Source of the DNA: Chitinophagaceae bacterium
Lineage (GTDB): Bacteria; Bacteroidota; Bacteroidia; Chitinophagales; Chitinophagaceae
Assembly (NCBI GenBank): GCA_043787935.1
Contig: JAYVUL010000006.1
Coordinates: forward strand, 1,577-65,576
Direction: 5' to 3'
Length of the DNA: 64,000 nucleotides
Shown: positions 60,308-64,000 of the stretch, piece after piece
How positions within the stretch are numbered: the stretch's first letter is position 1
Layout: each line of letters begins with the position of its first letter
Notes under the pieces: model-generated
What the model was told of the DNA's origin: nothing
What the model saw: only the letters and a program-made list of their open reading frames with translations
Databases searched by the model: none
Program-made: the position numbers and the translations under genes

Positions 60308-60871
60308 ATGTCACGTCCCGTACAATACAACAACAAACTAAAAACAGTAGAAGCCCCCGAAGGCATGATGGGGGACGGTTTCATGGCTACTTCTTTGGAA
60401 AAAGTGGTAGGCCTTGCACGTAAAAATTCTATCTGGCCTTTACCCTTTGCAACCTCTTGCTGCGGTATTGAATTTATGGCCACCGCTGCCAGCCATTATG
60501 ATATTGCCAGGTTTGGCGCTGAACGGATGAGTTTCTCTCCACGCCAGTGCGATCTTTTAATGGTGATGGGAACAATTTCAAAAAAAATGGGGCCAGTATT
60601 AAGACAGGTGTATTTGCAAATGGCCGAACCACGCTGGGTTTTATCGGTTGGCGCCTGTGCCTGCAGCGGTGGTATATTTGATACTTATTCTGTATTGCAG
60701 GGTATAGATCAGATCATTCCGGTAGATGTATATGTTCCAGGCTGTCCTCCAAGGCCCGAAGCCATTTTAGACGGGTTCTTAAAAATACAGGACCTTGTAG
60801 GTGAAGAAAGTTTAAGGAGAAGGAACAGTGATAAATATAAAGAGTTGATGAACGCTTACGGTATTCAATAA
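60308..60871 (+). CDS. nuoB: NADH-quinone oxidoreductase subunit B
   Basis: [35 protein letters not shown]. Confidence 0.98.
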   Translation: MSRPVQYNNKLKTVEAPEGMMGDGFMATSLEKVVGLARKNSIWPLPFATSCCGIEFMATAASHYDIARFGAERMSFSPRQCDLLMVMGTISKKMGPVLRQVYLQMAEPRWVLSVGACACSGGIFDTYSVLQGIDQIIPVDVYVPGCPPRPEAILDGFLKIQDLVGEESLRRRNSDKYKELMNAYGIQ

Positions 60872-60964
60872 AAAGAATCCGGCTGTTCACTGCAGGCCCA
60901 CAAAAATAACATTCATAATTATACCTTAGCTGAAAAGCGAATGGATAAAAGCTTAAAAGCTACA

Positions 60965-61468
60965 ATGCCTTTAACCAACGAAACCATACAAAAAAAATTA
61001 ACTGAAAAATTCGGAGACGTGCTTACCAGCTGGCAACAGCCATATGGTATGCTTACCTTTACGGCGCCAAAAGACCTTAACCTGAAAGTGCTTCAATTTC
61101 TTTACGACGACCCCGAATTGAGATTTCAATTTTTAACAGACCTCCAGGCGGTGCATTACCCTGATAAAAAGGGAGAAGAACTGGCAGTAGTATATCACCT
61201 GCACAACCTGGTGGATAATATCCGTATCAGGTTTAAAGTTTTCACTGATATTAATACACCTGATGTGTATAGCGCTACAGCATTATACCGGTCGGCTAAT
61301 TTTATGGAAAGGGAAACCTTTGATTTTTTCGGGGTAAATTTTGTTGGCCATCCGAATTTGATAAGGATTTTAAATGTGGATGAAATGGATTATTTCCCGA
61401 TGAGAAAAGAGTTTCCATTGGAAGACCAGACAAGGGTGGATAAGGATGATGAGATGTTTGGAAGGTAG
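60965..61468 (+). CDS. nuoC: NADH-quinone oxidoreductase subunit C
   Basis: ANFMERETFDFFG, GHPNLIRIL, FPMRKEFPL; ATG 60965 preferred (60941 possible). Confidence 0.95.
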   Translation: MPLTNETIQKKLTEKFGDVLTSWQQPYGMLTFTAPKDLNLKVLQFLYDDPELRFQFLTDLQAVHYPDKKGEELAVVYHLHNLVDNIRIRFKVFTDINTPDVYSATALYRSANFMERETFDFFGVNFVGHPNLIRILNVDEMDYFPMRKEFPLEDQTRVDKDDEMFGR

Positions 61469-61472
61469 GAAG

Positions 61473-61555
61473 TTTCACACAAAGGGTACGGAGAAAACAA
61501 AGCCAACAACGTTTTTTCTTTGTGTACATAGCAATCTTTGTTTCGTTGTGTGAAA
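61473..61555. repeat. Hairpin element with CAAAG/CTTTG arms at the nuoC-nuoD junction
   Basis: Perfect 10-bp terminal inverted repeat TTTCACACAA / TTGTGTGAAA with internal CAAAG and CTTTG units. Confidence 0.7.
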
Positions 61556-61579
61556 TAAAATGATGAATAGAGAAATTTT

Positions 61580-61600
61580 GTACAAGAGTGCGACGCCAAT
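61580..61600 (-). repeat. Dispersed repeat, family B
   Basis: GTACAAGAGTGCGACGCCAAT, the reverse complement of the family B core. Confidence 0.75.
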
Positions 61601-61648
61601 GCAGGCGATTAGAGAAAAAATGACAGGCACAAAAAAATAAAAATATTC

Positions 61649-62875
61649 ATGTCCAGTACAGATCACATTTTATTGCCGGAAGGAAGTATTGAAAAACAAA
61701 CCACTACACTTAACCTGGGCCCAACCCACCCGGCAACACATGGGGTGTTTCAAAATATCCTGGAACTGGATGGGGAGAGGATTTTGAGTGCAGTATCTAC
61801 TGTAGGCTATATCCACAGGGCTTTTGAGAAATTGGCTGAAAGAAGGCCGTTGTACCAGATTACGCCAATAACCGACCGGTTAAATTATTGTTCCTCCCCC
61901 ATCAATAACATGGGTTGGCATATTACCTGCGAAAGATTGCTGGGAGTTCAAACGCCTAAAAGAGTAGATTACCTCCGTATTATCATCATGGAGTTGTCAA
62001 GAATCTCAGATCACCTGATCTGTAATTCAATAGTAGGGGTGGACAGTGGTGCCTTCTCAGGGTTTTTATACCTGATGCAATACAGGGAATTAATTTATGA
62101 AATATATGAAGAAATATGCGGCTCCCGTCTTACTACTAATATTGGGCGTATTGGCGGTTTTGAAAGGAATTTCACAGCTACGGCATTTGAAAAACTCGAA
62201 AAATTCCTGAAAGAATACCCGGGTGTACTAAAGGAGTTTGAAAACCTGTTTACCCGCAACCGTATTTTTATGGAACGTACCATTGGTTGCGGTCCTATCA
62301 GTGCTGAAAGGGCATTGAACTACGGATTTACAGGTCCTAACCTCAGGGCTTCAGGTGTGGATTACGATGTAAGGGTACACACGCCTTACAGCAGCTACGA
62401 AGATTTTGATTTTAAGGTGCCGGTTGGAACTACCGGGGATTGCTACGACCGTTTCCTGGTGCGTAACGAAGAAATGTGGCAGAGCCTTAGCCTCATCAAC
62501 CAGGCATATAAAAAAGTACAGGAATTTAAAGGTGCCGAAGCAGAAGTGTTTCATGCGGATTCACCTGCCTATTATTTGCCGGAGAAGAAGGATGTGTACA
62601 CTAAAATGGAAGCACTCATTTACCATTTTAAAATTGTAATGGGGGAAACAGAAATCCCAGCCGGTGAATTGTACAGTTCGGTGGAAGGAGCCAATGGGGA
62701 GCTGGGTTTTTATATTATCAGTGATGGCGGCAGAACGCCGTACAGGCTGCATTTCCGCAGGCCCTGTTTTATTTATTACCAGGCCTACCCTGAGTTGATA
62801 AAAGGCGGAATGATAAGTGATGCAGTGATAACTATGAGTAGTTTGAATTTGATTGCCGGGGAATTGGATGCATAG
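61649..62875 (+). CDS. nuoD: NADH-quinone oxidoreductase subunit D
   Basis: NLGPTHPATHG, GYIHRAFEK, GPNLRASG, EGANGELGF, GELDA. Confidence 0.98.
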   Translation: MSSTDHILLPEGSIEKQTTTLNLGPTHPATHGVFQNILELDGERILSAVSTVGYIHRAFEKLAERRPLYQITPITDRLNYCSSPINNMGWHITCERLLGVQTPKRVDYLRIIIMELSRISDHLICNSIVGVDSGAFSGFLYLMQYRELIYEIYEEICGSRLTTNIGRIGGFERNFTATAFEKLEKFLKEYPGVLKEFENLFTRNRIFMERTIGCGPISAERALNYGFTGPNLRASGVDYDVRVHTPYSSYEDFDFKVPVGTTGDCYDRFLVRNEEMWQSLSLINQAYKKVQEFKGAEAEVFHADSPAYYLPEKKDVYTKMEALIYHFKIVMGETEIPAGELYSSVEGANGELGFYIISDGGRTPYRLHFRRPCFIYYQAYPELIKGGMISDAVITMSSLNLIAGELDA

Positions 62876-62934
62876 GATTTGTCTTCCTGACCTTGCAGCA
62901 GGAAGATGCTTACATAAATTATGAATATTTAATT

Positions 62935-63438
62935 ATGAGTGTTGAATTTTCAAAGGAAAAATTGGATAGGGTAGCGGAAATAATTTCCCGTTATCCGCAA
63001 GGCAAACAAAAAAGCGCCCTGCTTCCGGTATTGCACCTGGCGCAGGAAACGTTTAATGGCTGGCTGGATACGCCTGTTATGGACTATGTAGCATCACTGT
63101 TGAATATTGAACCGATAGAAGTGTATGAAGTGGCAAGTTTTTACAGTATGTACAATTTAAAACCAGTAGGCAAATATCTTTTCGAAGTTTGCCAAACAGG
63201 GCCATGTATGATCAACGGCAGCGATAATATTATTGAATACATCCAGCAAAAGCTTAACATCAAAACAGGCGAAACTACTGCAGATGGTTTGTTTACGCTG
63301 AAAACAGTAGAGTGCCTCGGTGCCTGTGGTTATGCACCTTTAATGCAGTTGGGCAAGCATTACAGGGAACACCTGACAAAAGATAAAGTAGATGCCATCA
63401 TTGAGGAATGCAGGTTAAAAACAGGACAGTTAAATTAA
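62935..63438 (+). CDS. nuoE: NADH-quinone oxidoreductase subunit E
   Basis: SALLPVLH, VASFYSMY, CQTGPC and VECLGACGYAP 2Fe-2S cysteines; ATG 62935. Confidence 0.97.
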   Translation: MSVEFSKEKLDRVAEIISRYPQGKQKSALLPVLHLAQETFNGWLDTPVMDYVASLLNIEPIEVYEVASFYSMYNLKPVGKYLFEVCQTGPCMINGSDNIIEYIQQKLNIKTGETTADGLFTLKTVECLGACGYAPLMQLGKHYREHLTKDKVDAIIEECRLKTGQLN

Positions 63439-63452
63439 ATGAAGATACAATT

Positions 63453-63824
63453 TTGGGAATAACCAACGCCATACTAAAAGTAAGAGAACACCGCAAGTCT
63501 GAAAAAACTGCGGAGGTTAATTTTTTAGTTGATAGTGGTGCTGTTTACAGTTTGGTTCCGGGTAAAATTTTGGATACCCTGGATATTGAGCCTTATAAAG
63601 AAATGATTTTTTCCCTTGCAGATGGAACCACGCTTAAAAGAAAAGTTTGCAGCGCATATTTCGAATTTGAAGGAGAGGGAGGGCCGGCACCAGTAGTTTA
63701 TGGTGAAGAAGGAGATGAGCCTTTATTGGGAGCTACTACATTGGAGTCTTTGGGATTGGTATTAAATCCATTTACAAGAACATTGCATCCCATGAAGATG
63801 CTGATGGCTAAATTGAAACCATGA
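63453..63824 (+). CDS. Clan AA (retropepsin-like) aspartic protease
   Basis: FLVDSGA catalytic motif, FSLADG, LLGATTLESLGL; TTG 63453 (MGITNAILKV) preferred over 63408. Confidence 0.85.
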   Translation: MGITNAILKVREHRKSEKTAEVNFLVDSGAVYSLVPGKILDTLDIEPYKEMIFSLADGTTLKRKVCSAYFEFEGEGGPAPVVYGEEGDEPLLGATTLESLGLVLNPFTRTLHPMKMLMAKLKP

Positions 63825-64000
63825 GGTTGTTATTTTTAAATATTGTTTTTTTATTTGCCTCTTTTGAGGCCTTTACCCAAAGTATTGAGGAAGAAAATTT
63901 AATAGTTACGGTAAAAGAATTTCACCAGGCGCTGGTTAATAAAAATATCATTGCTATTAACCAGCAAACAGATAAGGGATTAACCTACGGGCATAGCAAT
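63821..64000 (+). CDS. Secreted NTF2-like/DUF4440-type protein, 5' part (runs off the window)
   Basis: ATGA overlap with the protease stop; reads MRLLFLNIVFLFASFEAFTQSIEEENLIVTVKEFHQALVNKNIIAINQQTDKGLTYGHSN; not in the supplied ORF track. Confidence 0.65.
   Translation, partial: MRLLFLNIVFLFASFEAFTQSIEEENLIVTVKEFHQALVNKNIIAINQQTDKGLTYGHSN

Overview
A 64 kb chromosomal window of mostly core genes from a Bacteroidota genome. It is probably Chitinophagaceae; this is inferred from gene content, T9SS-type C-terminal domains, TAnnTTTG promoter elements and a separate atpD-atpC pair. In order it holds an outer-membrane beta-barrel/TonB-dependent receptor, a TolB-like secreted protein with an in-frame TGA at codon 5, an NRAMP-like transporter divergent from a T9SS-type cupredoxin, glpK-glpD-glpF, an S8 peptidase, atpD-atpC, an M6 metalloprotease with a small partner, a FISUMP protein, an acyltransferase, purine nucleoside phosphorylase, yqgE and an orphan histidine kinase. 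Next comes the dcw cluster (mraZ rsmH ftsL ftsI murE mraY murD ftsW murG murC ftsQ ftsA ftsZ). After it are a secreted beta-rich protein, rlmN, a membrane protein, a thiolase, a lipoprotein/ABC operon, hisS, a low-molecular-weight PTP, a receiver protein with its phosphoacceptor Asp changed to Ala, tonB/pstS-like/TPR genes, and nuoABCDE interrupted by an aspartic protease and an NTF2-like gene. I saw no rRNA, tRNA, CRISPR array, transposase or integrase. The most unusual signals are: (i) several families of short palindromic or tandem-arm repeats at operon junctions, some read in frame into MurC, RsmH, HisS and possibly MurG; (ii) a decayed repeat micro-protein between mraY and murD; (iii) a Trp-rich module of about 65 aa shared by three unrelated secreted proteins, at the extreme C-terminus of two of them; (iv) DnaA-box-like sites upstream of mraZ. 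Family assignments come from motif recognition by eye, not from database searches.
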